Assembly (NCBI GenBank): GCA_019310535.1
Contig: JAFDED010000013.1
Span: 3,346-67,345 of the forward strand
Length of the DNA stretch: 64,000 nucleotides
Origin: Deltaproteobacteria bacterium
GTDB lineage: Bacteria > Desulfobacterota > JAFDED01
Direction of reading: 5' to 3'
The notes beneath the pieces were generated by a model, which did not search any database, was not told the DNA's origin, and saw nothing but the letters and a program-made list of their open reading frames with translations. Below, piece after piece: positions 49,639-60,270 of the stretch; within the stretch, counting starts at the first letter, position 1; each line of letters starts with the position of its first letter. The position numbers and the translations under genes are program-made.

Positions 49639-51642
49639 TCAGCGCCGCTGCTGAGGGTCATAGGGATCGGATGGGTAAATCCCGTCTGAATGTATATCCC
49701 CTGGAAGTGAGGAAATGAGGGGAACGTCGATTACATCATTCCTCTCTTCCCGGGTGGAGTATCCCACCTCCACGATGCGGTTGTCCTGAACCGTGAGGAT
49801 AAACGGCACCTTGAGCACCTCCCCCGCGCTTGTAAACGATGTACTGCCGGTAACACCCGGGTAATCCCGTATTTGCCCGATTTTGTCCCGGAGCTCCGCG
49901 CGCGATGAGACATTGTGGGTGATGAGCAATTCCATCAGGATGCCGGCCGTATCGTAAGCATGGGCCGCCCAGACATCCGGCGCATCTCCGTATTGGGCTC
50001 TGTACTGCGCCATGAACTCCTGGACCTGGGGAAGGGAGCTTTGCGGGAAAAATCCATCCACAAACAACGCTTTCTCCAGGAAAGGACCGGCCATCTGGAC
50101 CAGCATAGGCGTATTCCAGAGGCTCGTTCCCAGCAGATAGATGCCCACCACGTCAAAATAGGCAAGCTGGGGCGCAATCAGGCCCGCCTTGTAATCTGTG
50201 TCCGGGATCAACATGGCCTGAAAGTCAATCACCGGCTCACGGGATTCGGTGTAATATATGCCCACGAGTTTTTTGATCTGCGTGGAGAAGTCCGTCTGCT
50301 CCCTGCTGTATGATTCTGCAGAAGCGATCGATCCCTTACGCGACTCCACTTCATCCCAGAACAGGTTCATATACTTCTTGCCATATTGATCATCAGGATA
50401 TAGGATGGCGAATCGCTGCAGCCCCAATGTCTCCATAACATAAGATACGAGAAATCGGATCTGGTGAGCGGAGGTGAGGAAATTACGAAACACATAGTTC
50501 CCGATACTGGGGATATTGTCGCGGGGGGTAAGGGTTACGATGGGGACCTCCAGGCGCTGGGCCTCATCAGCCGCGGCCATGGCGGCCTTACCCACCAGAG
50601 GACCGATGATGCCGATGACCTTGCGCTCTCGGGCCAGGTAACGGACAGCTTCACGCGCTGATTGCGGTTCACCCCGGGAATCCCGGAAAATAAGCTTTAT
50701 GTCTGGCGGGTTTTCTTGAGACAAGAATGGCCGGGACGCAAGTTCGATACCCTGTACAAGTCTTCGCCCGTATTCTCCGTGCTCGCCACTCAAAGGGACG
50801 ATACAACCGAGAGCCAGGCGGTCCACACTGGTGTACTCGAGTATTTTATCCAGGATAGACTTTGCCCTTTCCCCGTATTCCGGAACCACGGGGGTGGCCA
50901 GGATGCCCTGCAGTTCCTTCCTGGCCCGTGCAAACTGATGCCGCGAGCGGTAAAGCTCTCCCAATTTGAGGTTGGCCAGCTGGCCTGTAAAGCTCCCGGC
51001 AAAGCTCCGGGCAATATGGTGCAAGGTCTTCTCTTCCTGCACACCTTCTATGAGGGCTTCTCCCTCCGCCTGGATCTGCGCTTTCAGGGAGGGGGTTTCG
51101 GCCAGGGACCAGGACTTCTCCAGGGCTTCCAGCGCCCGAATGGTGTTCCCCTGCTTGAGCAAAAGCCCGGCTAGCTTCCGGTAGATTCGCCCCCTTTCCA
51201 AACGAGTGCCAGAGAACTCCATCTGCTTACGCAGGGCGGATACGGCCTCGTCAGGGCGCCCCAGGAGCTCATACACTTGCGCCAACAGGGGGTATGTATC
51301 TGAAAGTCGGTTACTGCCGGGAAAATCCTGTGGTATCCTTTCCAGTGCCAGGGAGGCCAGGTATGGGTCATTCCGGGCCATGTAAATCTGGCCGATGCGC
51401 AAAAAGGCATCGTCGGTCAGTGGATCTCCTGGAAATCGGACGGCGAAAGCCTGAAATTTCCGCAACGCCTGCACCAGGCTGCCCGCCTGGAAATCTGACT
51501 CCGCGGACTGGAACAGGCGCTGCGCATCAGGGGAGGATATTCCCTCAGAAGGCAGGGCCGGTTCCACGGTGCCGGGAGGTTTGGGAGGAATAACCGTGGG
51601 AGCTTTGCGGCACCCGGCGACGGAGAGGAAAGCAACCAGCAC
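49639..51642 (-). CDS. lipoprotein with N-terminal TPR repeats and a periplasmic-binding-protein type 1 (Leu/Ile/Val-binding-like) domain (LpoA-like architecture)
   Basis: Lipobox LSVAGC, TPR-like helical repeats, then a PBP1-like domain (IGIIGPLVG...). The exact start is uncertain (GTG 51642). Confidence 0.75.
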   Translation of the reverse strand: MLVAFLSVAGCRKAPTVIPPKPPGTVEPALPSEGISSPDAQRLFQSAESDFQAGSLVQALRKFQAFAVRFPGDPLTDDAFLRIGQIYMARNDPYLASLALERIPQDFPGSNRLSDTYPLLAQVYELLGRPDEAVSALRKQMEFSGTRLERGRIYRKLAGLLLKQGNTIRALEALEKSWSLAETPSLKAQIQAEGEALIEGVQEEKTLHHIARSFAGSFTGQLANLKLGELYRSRHQFARARKELQGILATPVVPEYGERAKSILDKILEYTSVDRLALGCIVPLSGEHGEYGRRLVQGIELASRPFLSQENPPDIKLIFRDSRGEPQSAREAVRYLARERKVIGIIGPLVGKAAMAAADEAQRLEVPIVTLTPRDNIPSIGNYVFRNFLTSAHQIRFLVSYVMETLGLQRFAILYPDDQYGKKYMNLFWDEVESRKGSIASAESYSREQTDFSTQIKKLVGIYYTESREPVIDFQAMLIPDTDYKAGLIAPQLAYFDVVGIYLLGTSLWNTPMLVQMAGPFLEKALFVDGFFPQSSLPQVQEFMAQYRAQYGDAPDVWAAHAYDTAGILMELLITHNVSSRAELRDKIGQIRDYPGVTGSTSFTSAGEVLKVPFILTVQDNRIVEVGYSTREERNDVIDVPLISSLPGDIHSDGIYPSDPYDPQQRR

Positions 51643-51775
51643 CAGAGTACAGATGGCGCAATAATTTCGCAGTGTAAAATCCCGTCCTTTCCGGGTTCTA
51701 TTTGGCTTCCGGCTTCGGCATGCCGGATGTTGGTCATCCTGAAGATGATTGTTACCTGATGGTTGAGTAAAGAAA

Positions 51776-53713
51776 TTAGTCCTTCTTCTTTTCGTCGTCT
51801 TTTACCTCTTCAAAGTCGGCATCAACCACATCTTCTTCCGTACTTTGTGTTTTGCCCGCTTCGCCCTCTGTCTGCTGGGCGGGCCCGCTTGAAGTCCCCG
51901 TGTTTTGGGATGCACCGGCATACATAGCCTCTGCGAGCTTATAGGAAGCCTTGGTCAATTCTTCCGTTACGCGTTTTATCTCCTCGAGGTCAGAGCCTTC
52001 TATGGCCTTCTTGAGGCGATCCCTCACGCTTTCGATATTGCCGCGCGTGCTGGCGTCGATCTTGCTGCCGTGTTCGTTGAGCGATTTTTCAGTGGTGTAA
52101 ATAAGATGATCGGCATTGTTCCTGGCTTCAGCCAGTTGCCGTTTTTTCTTGTCCTCCTCGTCGTGAATCTCGGCGTCCCGTGTCAAGCGCTGAATCTCTT
52201 CCTCACTCAGGCCGCTGGAGGCTGTGATGCGGATGGTCTGCTCCTTGCCCGTTCCAAGGTCCTTGGCGGACACGTTCACGATTCCATTGGCATCGATATC
52301 AAAGGTCACCTCTATCTGGGGCACTCCACGGGGAGCAGGAGGAATTCCCACCAACTGGAACCGGCCAAGGGTTTTGTTGTATTCGGCCATCTCCCGTTCA
52401 CCCTGGAGCACGTGAATCTCCACCTGGGTCTGGTTGTCCGCGGCAGTGGAAAATATCTGGCTCTTTCTCGTGGGGATTGTCGTGTTTTTCTCGATGAGTT
52501 TGGTGAAAATGCCACCGAGGGTCTCGATGCCCAGAGAAAGGGGGGTAACGTCCAGCAAGAGCACGTCCTTGACGTCTCCTTTAAGAACGCCTGCCTGTAT
52601 GGCAGCGCCCACCGCCACCACCTCGTCTGGGTTGACGCTTTTGTTGGGCTCCTTCTTGAAAATCTCCCGGACTTTCTGCTGGACCAAGGGCATGCGCGTC
52701 ATGCCGCCCACCAGAATCACCTCGTCGATGTCCGAGGGGCTCAAACCGGCATCTTTCATTGCTGTCATGCAAGGTGGCACAACTTTCTCCACCAAATCTT
52801 CCACCAACTTTTCAAGCTTTGCCCGGGAGAGTTTTATGTTCAGATGCTTGGGCCCCGAGGCGTCGGCAGTAATGAACGGCAGATTGATGTCCGTCTCCAT
52901 GGCGCTGGACAGCTCGTGTTTGGCTTTTTCGGCGGCCTCTTTCAGACGCTGAAGCGCCATCTTGTCATTACGCAAATCGATGCCCTGATCTTTCTTGAAC
53001 TCATCGGCCAGATAATCGATGATACAGAGATCAAAATCTTCGCCACCCAGGTGGGTGTCGCCATTGGTGGATTTGACCTCGAATACTCCATCACCTAACT
53101 CAAGAATTGAAATATCATACGTGCCTCCGCCCAGGTCGAAAACGGCGATCTTTTCGTCCTTTTTCTTGTCAAGGCCGTATGCCAGTGAAGCAGCCGTGGG
53201 TTCATTGATTATGCGTTTTACATCCAGGCCCGCTATTCTACCGGCATCCTTTGTGGCCTGTCGCTGGCTGTCGTTGAAATAAGCCGGGACCGTGATGACC
53301 GCCTCGCTCACCTTCTCCCCAAGGTAATCCTCAGCCGTCTGCTTCATCTTTTGCAAGATCATAGCGGAGATTTCCGGGGGAGAATATGCTTTTCCTTTCA
53401 CCTCAATGGCGGCGTCTCCGTTGGAGGCCTGAATGATCTTGTAAGGGAGGTTTTCGATATCTCGCTGAACCTCGGGTGATCCGTATTTCCTGCCGATGAG
53501 ACGTTTTACGCCGAAGATGGTGTTCTCCGGGTTAGTGATGGCTTGGCGGCGGGCCACCTGGCCCACGAGCCTTTCTCCTGAATCGGTAAAGGCCACCACA
53601 GATGGGGTGGTGCGGCTCCCCTCCGAATTGGTGATCACCTTGGACTCCCCACCTTCCATGATGGCTACACAGGAATTGGTGGTCCCAAGGTCAATGCCAA
53701 TGACTTTAGACAT
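51776..53713 (-). CDS. dnaK: molecular chaperone DnaK (Hsp70)
   Basis: Full-length Hsp70 with signature motifs ([29 protein letters not shown]). Confidence 0.98.
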   Translation of the reverse strand: MSKVIGIDLGTTNSCVAIMEGGESKVITNSEGSRTTPSVVAFTDSGERLVGQVARRQAITNPENTIFGVKRLIGRKYGSPEVQRDIENLPYKIIQASNGDAAIEVKGKAYSPPEISAMILQKMKQTAEDYLGEKVSEAVITVPAYFNDSQRQATKDAGRIAGLDVKRIINEPTAASLAYGLDKKKDEKIAVFDLGGGTYDISILELGDGVFEVKSTNGDTHLGGEDFDLCIIDYLADEFKKDQGIDLRNDKMALQRLKEAAEKAKHELSSAMETDINLPFITADASGPKHLNIKLSRAKLEKLVEDLVEKVVPPCMTAMKDAGLSPSDIDEVILVGGMTRMPLVQQKVREIFKKEPNKSVNPDEVVAVGAAIQAGVLKGDVKDVLLLDVTPLSLGIETLGGIFTKLIEKNTTIPTRKSQIFSTAADNQTQVEIHVLQGEREMAEYNKTLGRFQLVGIPPAPRGVPQIEVTFDIDANGIVNVSAKDLGTGKEQTIRITASSGLSEEEIQRLTRDAEIHDEEDKKKRQLAEARNNADHLIYTTEKSLNEHGSKIDASTRGNIESVRDRLKKAIEGSDLEEIKRVTEELTKASYKLAEAMYAGASQNTGTSSGPAQQTEGEAGKTQSTEEDVVDADFEEVKDDEKKKD

Positions 53714-53922
53714 AGTTGCCTCCTCAAAATCTTTTATAGCTTCAAAATGATTGTATAGATTTGCCGCGATAACTTAATAATCATAATCTCTTTTCCTCCG
53801 CGGCCAGGGATATCCATTCCACCGCTGGAACTGGGTCAAAATCCCCCCCTCTATGTTCAATTCTTCACGGAGGGGATATGCACTTACATCAATATTGATC
53901 CCGGCCGGAACAGATCGGGCCG

Positions 53923-54600
53923 TTATTCGACATCCTCGGGACCCCCGGGCGATTTGGCCACCGAGACCTTTGCAGGCCTCAGCAGTCGGTTATTGAAAAG
54001 ATATCCTTTTTCCAATTCCTCTACCACCGCGTTGGGCGGAAGGTCCCTGGATTCCACTTGCATCACTGCCTCGTGCAAATGAGGATCGAACTGGCTTCCC
54101 TTAGCCTGTATAGGCTCAACGCCGAATTTTTTGAGGGCGGAAGAGAACTGATCCATAATTCTGTGGATTCCATCTAAGATAGTACCGGCATTCTCGGAAT
54201 CATGGGCGTGGTTGAAAGCCCTCTCAAGGTTGTCCATCACTGAAATCATCTCCCGCAGGACATTCTCGTTCCCGCGACGTATCAGCTCTTCTTTTTCCCT
54301 GGCTGCGCGTTTACGGTAGTTATCAAGTTCCGCCGCGGCCCGAAGCCAGCTATCCTTGTATTCCTCGGCCTCCCGGCGATATTTCTCTATTTCACTCTTT
54401 TCATCCACAGAAGGTTCAACCGGTACTTCGCCGCTTATGTCAGCGACCTCCGGGAATACAGGGCTTCCCGCCGACTCTTCAACCTCAGTCGGCTCGGTCA
54501 TCCGCTCCTCTTCCCGCTTTCCTTGTTCTTCTTTCTCACGTGTAAATTTTTCTTGTTTGCCGCTCATTTCAAATGCCATCCCGGACAGGACCTCCCACAT
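53923..54600 (-). CDS. grpE: nucleotide exchange factor GrpE
   Basis: Acidic N-terminus, a coiled coil (RLRAAAELDNYRKR) and a C-terminal beta domain (GY.....LLRPAKV). The true start is probably an internal Met near 54567. Confidence 0.92.
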   Translation of the reverse strand: MWEVLSGMAFEMSGKQEKFTREKEEQGKREEERMTEPTEVEESAGSPVFPEVADISGEVPVEPSVDEKSEIEKYRREAEEYKDSWLRAAAELDNYRKRAAREKEELIRRGNENVLREMISVMDNLERAFNHAHDSENAGTILDGIHRIMDQFSSALKKFGVEPIQAKGSQFDPHLHEAVMQVESRDLPPNAVVEELEKGYLFNNRLLRPAKVSVAKSPGGPEDVE

Positions 54601-54989
54601 GTACTACCGAACTATTGATCGGGTGAATACCAAAAATTTCACTATTATCTCTCTCTCACTTTCATTCATCCATTTGGGTGGTTTCAAAATCCGGACATAC
54701 CACCAACATTACTACATTTTAAATAAACATTAAGCACCATGTAGATTTTTGTCAAGGCGGCTTGCATGAAAATAATTGCCTGCCCTTTTGCCCGTTATAT
54801 TTATAAATCAAGCTTATTTCCTGCTTTTTATCGAGTACACAGGCATTGGCTTTCCTTCTCAGCCCCGTGAGGCGCCAGAAAATGCTCCTTGCCTTTTCAT
54901 GACGTTTTTTACCTTGACAGAGGTATATATCTTGGTTATTCTCGTTTTCATTCCAAAGTACCTGCGGCTTGTAAATCGACAGAGCCATA

Positions 54990-55871
54990 TTGCAATTTAT
55001 TCTGGATATGTTCATGAAAGACTATTCGCCCACATCTTCCCGCCCCAAGGGAGCGGCACTCGCCTCCATAAAAATGTTGTCCAAGCTGAGTCTTATCCTG
55101 GGGACTGCAACTGATCTGGAAGGGGCCTTTCACCAGGCCGCCAAGCTTCTCGAGGAGCGCTCTCTCAGGCAGTGCACCGGGATTGCTCTATGGAATCGGC
55201 AATCCAATCCAAACTGGGCATTGATTCAATGTGGGTTCTGTGGCAATTATATCATGAAGGAGCAAACAAGGACTGCCTCAGAGCAGCGGTGTTGGACCGA
55301 AGAAGCATTCATTGCACCGCGCATTCACCGAAAGAAAGGCAAAGACATTGTGATTCGCAGCGAGGCATCGCTCACCGAGATCGAGAATTTGAACAATGTT
55401 GATGCCCTGTGTCTTCCTCTTATGATTGGCAATGATATGGTCCTTTCCATGGCGGTGAGGCCGCTTTGCTTCGATCAGCTTATCCTGCGGGAGGAATTGC
55501 TTCTCCTGGGAGCCGTGTGCACGCTTCTCAAGCAATGGATTGAGTTGCGGTTTGACCCCCGTGAAATCAAGGGCCAGAGGGAGAAACAATCCGCTATCGC
55601 TTCCTATCTCCCCAACACTAAGGGCAACTGCCTCTCCATGGAGGAAATGCTCATTCACCGGATTGGAGAAATGGTAACGGTCTTGGCCACGGGACCACGG
55701 GAGGGCAAGAGCCTTTACAGCCGGGTTATCGAGCTGATAGAAAAGGGAATGATCCGGTGGGCGTTGAGCCGTACAAGCATGGTGCAGATTGATGCCGCTC
55801 AAATCCTGGGGGTCAACCGCAACACCCTTCGCGCAAAAATGAAACTTTACGGATTGTTGAACCGAAAATAA
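54990..55871 (+). CDS. Fis-family (HTH_8) transcriptional regulator with an N-terminal sensory (GAF-like) region and no AAA+ module
   Basis: C-terminal IRWALSRTSMVQIDAAQILGVNRNTLRAKMKLYGL is a typical Fis/NtrC-type HTH. No Walker motifs. The GAF-like assignment of the N-terminal region is tentative. Confidence 0.65.
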   Translation: MQFILDMFMKDYSPTSSRPKGAALASIKMLSKLSLILGTATDLEGAFHQAAKLLEERSLRQCTGIALWNRQSNPNWALIQCGFCGNYIMKEQTRTASEQRCWTEEAFIAPRIHRKKGKDIVIRSEASLTEIENLNNVDALCLPLMIGNDMVLSMAVRPLCFDQLILREELLLLGAVCTLLKQWIELRFDPREIKGQREKQSAIASYLPNTKGNCLSMEEMLIHRIGEMVTVLATGPREGKSLYSRVIELIEKGMIRWALSRTSMVQIDAAQILGVNRNTLRAKMKLYGLLNRK

Positions 55872-55941
55872 CTTTGCGGGTGCATAAAAGTGCAGACATG
55901 AAGTGCTCGCATAATGAAGCTGTCGCATAAGGAGGAGTAAA

Positions 55942-57207
55942 ATGACAGGAAAAGAAACCAGTGGAAGTGCGGGGCACCTGGATATGGCCCGGAAACAGCT
56001 TTTGCAGGCGGCTCAAGTGATTGATTTGGAAGATGACCTTTTGAGAGTGCTGTTGGAGACCAAGCGGGAACTTACCGTTCACTTCCCGGTGAAAATGGAC
56101 GACGGCTCTTTTAAAATGTTCACCGGTTACCGGATTCAGCACAATGTGAACAGGGGGCCTGCGAAGGGAGGGATCCGATATCATCCGGATGTTGACCTGG
56201 ACGAGGTCCGCGCACTGGCCATGTGGATGACCTGGAAGGCAGCGGTGGTCAATATACCTTACGGCGGGGCGAAAGGTGGGGTGCAGTGCGATCCGAAAAG
56301 CATGTCCCTTGCCGAAATCGAGAGGTTGACACGGCGCTACACGTGGGAGATTTCCTTCATGATTGGACCGGACCGCGACATTCCGGCCCCCGATGTGTAT
56401 ACCAATGCACAGACCATGGCGTGGATAATGGATACATACAGCATCCTGAAAGGCTATTCGGTGCCGGGCGTTGTTACAGGCAAACCCATCGGCCTGGGTG
56501 GATCTTTGGGAAGACTGGAGGCAACGGGCCGGGGATGCCTGCTCACGCTGATCCGTGCGGCCAAGGTGCTGGGCATGGACCTCAATAAGACCAAATGCGT
56601 GATTCAGGGCTTCGGCAATGTAGGGGGGGTGGCCGCCAGACTCATGAGCGATATCGGCGTAAAGATTGTGGGCGTCAGCGATTCCACAGGAGGTGTCTAT
56701 TCGCCTAACGGCCTGGATGTTCAGGCATTGATGTTGCACAAGTGCGATACCAATTCGGTACTGGACTTCCCCGGCAGCGATAACATCACCAATGAGGAAC
56801 TGCTGGAACTGCCATGCGACATTCTCTGTCCCTCGGCCCTGGGAGGAGTCATTACCCGGGAAAACGCGCCTCTCATAAAGGCCAAGATCATCGTGGAAGG
56901 GGCCAATGGACCCACCACTACGGATGCCGACGATATCCTGTATGATCGCAATGTCATGATGGTACCGGATATCCTGGCCAATGCGGGCGGCGTAACCGTC
57001 TCGTATTTCGAGTGGGTGCAAAACCTCCAGGAATTGCTCTGGAGCGAAGAAGAGGTCAACCACAGGCTGGAGCAAATAATGTTCCGCAGCTTTGACGAGG
57101 TATACCGCCTGAGCCAGGAGAAGAAGGTCCACATGCGCACGGCAGCTCTTGCCCTGGGGGTGAACAGGGTCGCCCAGGCAACAAGGCTTCGTGGAATTTA
57201 TCCGTGA
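55942..57207 (+). CDS. gdhA: Glu/Leu/Phe/Val dehydrogenase family, glutamate dehydrogenase
   Basis: Catalytic-lysine region GPAKGGIRYH...PYGGAKGG and the NAD(P) Rossmann motif IQGFGNVG. Confidence 0.95.
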   Translation: MTGKETSGSAGHLDMARKQLLQAAQVIDLEDDLLRVLLETKRELTVHFPVKMDDGSFKMFTGYRIQHNVNRGPAKGGIRYHPDVDLDEVRALAMWMTWKAAVVNIPYGGAKGGVQCDPKSMSLAEIERLTRRYTWEISFMIGPDRDIPAPDVYTNAQTMAWIMDTYSILKGYSVPGVVTGKPIGLGGSLGRLEATGRGCLLTLIRAAKVLGMDLNKTKCVIQGFGNVGGVAARLMSDIGVKIVGVSDSTGGVYSPNGLDVQALMLHKCDTNSVLDFPGSDNITNEELLELPCDILCPSALGGVITRENAPLIKAKIIVEGANGPTTTDADDILYDRNVMMVPDILANAGGVTVSYFEWVQNLQELLWSEEEVNHRLEQIMFRSFDEVYRLSQEKKVHMRTAALALGVNRVAQATRLRGIYP

Positions 57208-57865
57208 TTCTGGAAAGCGCCAGCTGCTGCGTCAAACTCATTGAGGGTGCCGGTAGTCGGCGGGGCCATTGATTCACGCCCTTTTACTGAGGGTGAGAGG
57301 GAGAAGAAATCACATTCTTAAAAATGATAAGGGACTGAAGGGATCAGCCCGGAATCGGTTCGCTCGGCGATGCGATTTTAGACGACCCATGGGAGATTCG
57401 GCCCGGTGTGGGGAAAAGATCATTCAGCCGATTTGCGAAAAGCTCCGAAACTTCAGAGGCCTCATCTCTTTTCTGATCGCGTTGACCTTTGCCATTAACT
57501 TCCTGCCAATCCTGGAGAGCGGGACTGCATGAACGGGATAAGCGATTTACGCGGGTTGGCTAGTGTTTTCCACCTGCAGGCGCTTGTTCCAGATGAGTTC
57601 CATCTTCATCAAGCATTTAAGAGTGATCTGATCGAGGCGTTCCATACCAGGGGGATCGATGCGCTTGCGCATCTTTGTCAAGGTGGAGCCGTATAAAATC
57701 CACAGACGCTGGGGGCACTCGAACCCGCAATACCTGCCAGTAATTTTTCTCAGCAAAGAAGTCAAATTTCGTAAATATTTTTGCTGCCATAACTTGAAAT
57801 TGGAGCCTTCAAGTGGAATTTTTCATTTTGAATTAATGTTTTGGCTTTGACGGAGATGGAACAGA

Positions 57866-58615
57866 TTGTTAAAGATTGAAAATTTGCATAAAAGCTTCGG
57901 GGGAATAAAGGCCGTTGACAACTGCACCCTCACTGTCAGCCAGGGTTCTATAACGGGTCTTATAGGGCCAAATGGTGCTGGTAAAACCACTCTTTTCAAT
58001 CTCATCACCGGTTTTCTGAAACCTGAAGCCGGGGCCATTTGGTTCAAAAAAGAACGGATTGATGGTCTCCCTCCTCATGGAATTTTCCACAAATCACTGG
58101 GCCGCACTTTTCAGATACCGAGAGAATTAAGAGAAATGACGGTATTGGAAAATATAATGGTGGTTCCCGCCGGACAAATTGGAGAAAAGATATGGAATTC
58201 CTGGTTAAGATTCTCTTCCATAAAGAAGCAAGAAAAAGAGATAAAAGAAAAAGCTGAGGATATCCTGGAATTTGTGGAACTCATCGAGCTCAAAAACGAA
58301 TTCGCCAAAAATCTTTCTTCGGGCCAGAAGAAATTATTAGAACTCGCCCGGGTTTTGATGGGTAACCCCTATATGATTTTGCTGGATGAACCCGGCGCGG
58401 GAGTGAATCCCACGCTGATGACGAAATTATCGGACAAAATTCTCGATCTGAGAGAAAACGGAAGAACGTTTTTTTTGATAGAGCACGACATGGACATTAT
58501 AACCTACCTTTGCAATAAAGTGATAGTTATGAACAAGGGGGCAAATTTAGCAGAAGGAACACCCCGGGAGATCAAAAAGGACAATAGGGTCCTTGAGGCA
58601 TACCTTGGGGAATAA
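57866..58615 (+). CDS. livG: branched-chain amino acid ABC transporter ATP-binding protein (LivG-type)
   Basis: Walker A GPNGAGKTT, signature LSSGQKKLLE, Walker B LLDEPGAGV, and the LivG-type insert. Precedes the livF/H/M-like genes. Confidence 0.88.
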   Translation: MLKIENLHKSFGGIKAVDNCTLTVSQGSITGLIGPNGAGKTTLFNLITGFLKPEAGAIWFKKERIDGLPPHGIFHKSLGRTFQIPRELREMTVLENIMVVPAGQIGEKIWNSWLRFSSIKKQEKEIKEKAEDILEFVELIELKNEFAKNLSSGQKKLLELARVLMGNPYMILLDEPGAGVNPTLMTKLSDKILDLRENGRTFFLIEHDMDIITYLCNKVIVMNKGANLAEGTPREIKKDNRVLEAYLGE

Positions 58616-58619
58616 AGCA

Positions 58620-59324
58620 ATGGGTATATTGGAAGCAAAGGACATCAGGTCTGGTTATGGGGAAACCGAAATTCTGCACAATGTCTCTATATATGTCGAA
58701 AAAGAAGAGATTGTCGCCATAATAGGGCCCAATGGAGCCGGAAAGTCCACTCTTATGAAGACCATCTTTGGGCTTATAAGACCGTCTCAGGGCTCTGTTT
58801 GTCTGAGCGGCGAAAATATAACCGGCTTAAGACCGGATAAAATAGTACACAAAGGAATGTGCTATGTGCCCCAATCGAACAACATATTCCCATCTCTTAA
58901 TGTTCGGGAAAATCTTGAAATGGGGGCCTATATCCGGGTAGATGATTTTTCCCAAAGGCTTCAGGAAATATTCAGTTATTTTCCTATTCTTCGAGAAAGG
59001 CAAAGGCAAAGGGCAGGCAGTTTGAGCGGGGGCGAACAGCAGATGCTGGCCATGGGTAGAGCCCTGATGCTCAATCCTCGGGTACTACTCCTGGACGAAC
59101 CATCAGCCGGACTGGCACCCAGGATGGTAGAGGAGATATTTTCGAAGATCGCGGAGATTAAAAAAACGGGCGTTGCCATCTTGATGGTAGAACAAAACGC
59201 AAAAAAGGCTCTGTCCCATTCAGACAGAGGTTATGTCATGGCAATGGGAGAGAAGAAATATGAAGGAAACGGCAAAAAGCTTCTGGATGATCCTGAAGTA
59301 GGCAGACTCTATCTGGGGGGCTGA
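58620..59324 (+). CDS. livF: branched-chain amino acid ABC transporter ATP-binding protein (LivF-type)
   Basis: Walker A GPNGAGKST, signature LSGGEQQMLA, Walker B LLLDEPSAGL. ATG at 58620. Confidence 0.88.
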   Translation: MGILEAKDIRSGYGETEILHNVSIYVEKEEIVAIIGPNGAGKSTLMKTIFGLIRPSQGSVCLSGENITGLRPDKIVHKGMCYVPQSNNIFPSLNVRENLEMGAYIRVDDFSQRLQEIFSYFPILRERQRQRAGSLSGGEQQMLAMGRALMLNPRVLLLDEPSAGLAPRMVEEIFSKIAEIKKTGVAILMVEQNAKKALSHSDRGYVMAMGEKKYEGNGKKLLDDPEVGRLYLGG

Positions 59325-59329
59325 GAGAA

Positions 59330-60250
59330 TTGCTGGAATTGGCAGTATATGGCGTTTTGCTGGGCAGCATTATCGCCCTGGGGGCCATTGGACTTACCCT
59401 GATTTATGGGATATTGCGTTTTGCCAATTTCGCTCATGGCGAGCTTATGACTGTGGGTGCCTATGTTGTGCTTTTTCTGGTCACAGACTTCTTCGTCTGG
59501 ATGAGAATCCCGGACACAACGTTGGGACCCTTCTCCTTCGGTTATCGCATGTTGCTGAGCTTTCCTCTGGGAATGCTTTTTGTTGCCTGTCTCGCTGTAT
59601 TTATTAACAAAATACTCATCGCACCGTTAAAGAGCAGAAATTCGGGCTCCGTCGTTCTGGCCATCTCTTCCCTGGGTGTTTCTTTTATCCTCCGAAGCAT
59701 AATATTCATCATATGGGGGGCCGACTTTCACTATTATAATCCGGGCAAAATGAGACCCGCCATTGCTCTACCTCTGGGTATAAACATAAGGCCTGATCAG
59801 ATATTGATCCTGATAATCGTTTTCAGCCTCGTGTTTTCTCTTCACATATTTTTGACTAAAACCAGGATGGGCAAAGCAATGCGAGCAACATCCGACAATC
59901 TTGAGCTGGCATGGATCACGGGTATAGATACCGACAAAGTAATATTATGGACATGGTGTATCGGCGGCGCTCTGGCAGCGGCAGGAGGTATATTATACGG
60001 AATAGATGTGCAATTAAGGCCAGGGATGGGCTGGCATTTCATCCTTCCTCTTTTTGCAGCTACGATTCTGGGGGGAATAGGAAATGTTTACGGCGCCTTC
60101 CTCGGGGGAATGGTTATAGGCATTGTTCAACAACTTTCCACAGCTATTCCATATATCCAGCCAACTTATAAACCCGCGGTGGCATTCATTATTATGATCG
60201 TTATATTGCTTTTCCGGCCTCAGGGGATCTTCGGCCAGGCTAAAAAATAA
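59330..60250 (+). CDS. livH: branched-chain amino acid ABC transporter permease (LivH-type)
   Basis: Multi-TM protein with the conserved FAHGELMTVGAY start region typical of LivH. Confidence 0.88.
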   Translation: MLELAVYGVLLGSIIALGAIGLTLIYGILRFANFAHGELMTVGAYVVLFLVTDFFVWMRIPDTTLGPFSFGYRMLLSFPLGMLFVACLAVFINKILIAPLKSRNSGSVVLAISSLGVSFILRSIIFIIWGADFHYYNPGKMRPAIALPLGINIRPDQILILIIVFSLVFSLHIFLTKTRMGKAMRATSDNLELAWITGIDTDKVILWTWCIGGALAAAGGILYGIDVQLRPGMGWHFILPLFAATILGGIGNVYGAFLGGMVIGIVQQLSTAIPYIQPTYKPAVAFIIMIVILLFRPQGIFGQAKK

Positions 60251-60270
60251 TTTTCCTTGCGAGGTATACT

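Noticed and set aside
53714-54760. Search for CIRCE (TTAGCACTC-N9-GAGTGCTAA) or clear sigma-32 promoters upstream of dnaK and grpE. The region upstream of dnaJ (32053-32530) was searched in the same way.
   Set aside because: No CIRCE-like inverted repeat was found. Only weak TTGAA-type -35-like strings without a CCCCAT -10 element were found, so no regulatory site is called.
55875-55895. Possible sigma-54 (-24/-12) promoter GG-N10-GC upstream of gdh (GGGTGCATAAAAGTGCA).
   Set aside because: The GG to GC spacing is off by one, the flanking TGGCAC/TTGCW consensus is poor, and the neighbouring regulator lacks the AAA+ module needed for sigma-54 activation.
57547-57765. 72-aa minus ORF whose YGSTLTKMRKRIDPPGMERLDQITLKCL segment loosely resembles the C-terminal part of IS3-family DDE transposases (as I recall, ...[21 protein letters not shown]).
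   Set aside because: The resemblance covers only about 30 residues with many mismatches. There are no inverted repeats and no upstream catalytic-core remnant. It is mentioned only as possible debris and is not good enough to call a mobile element.
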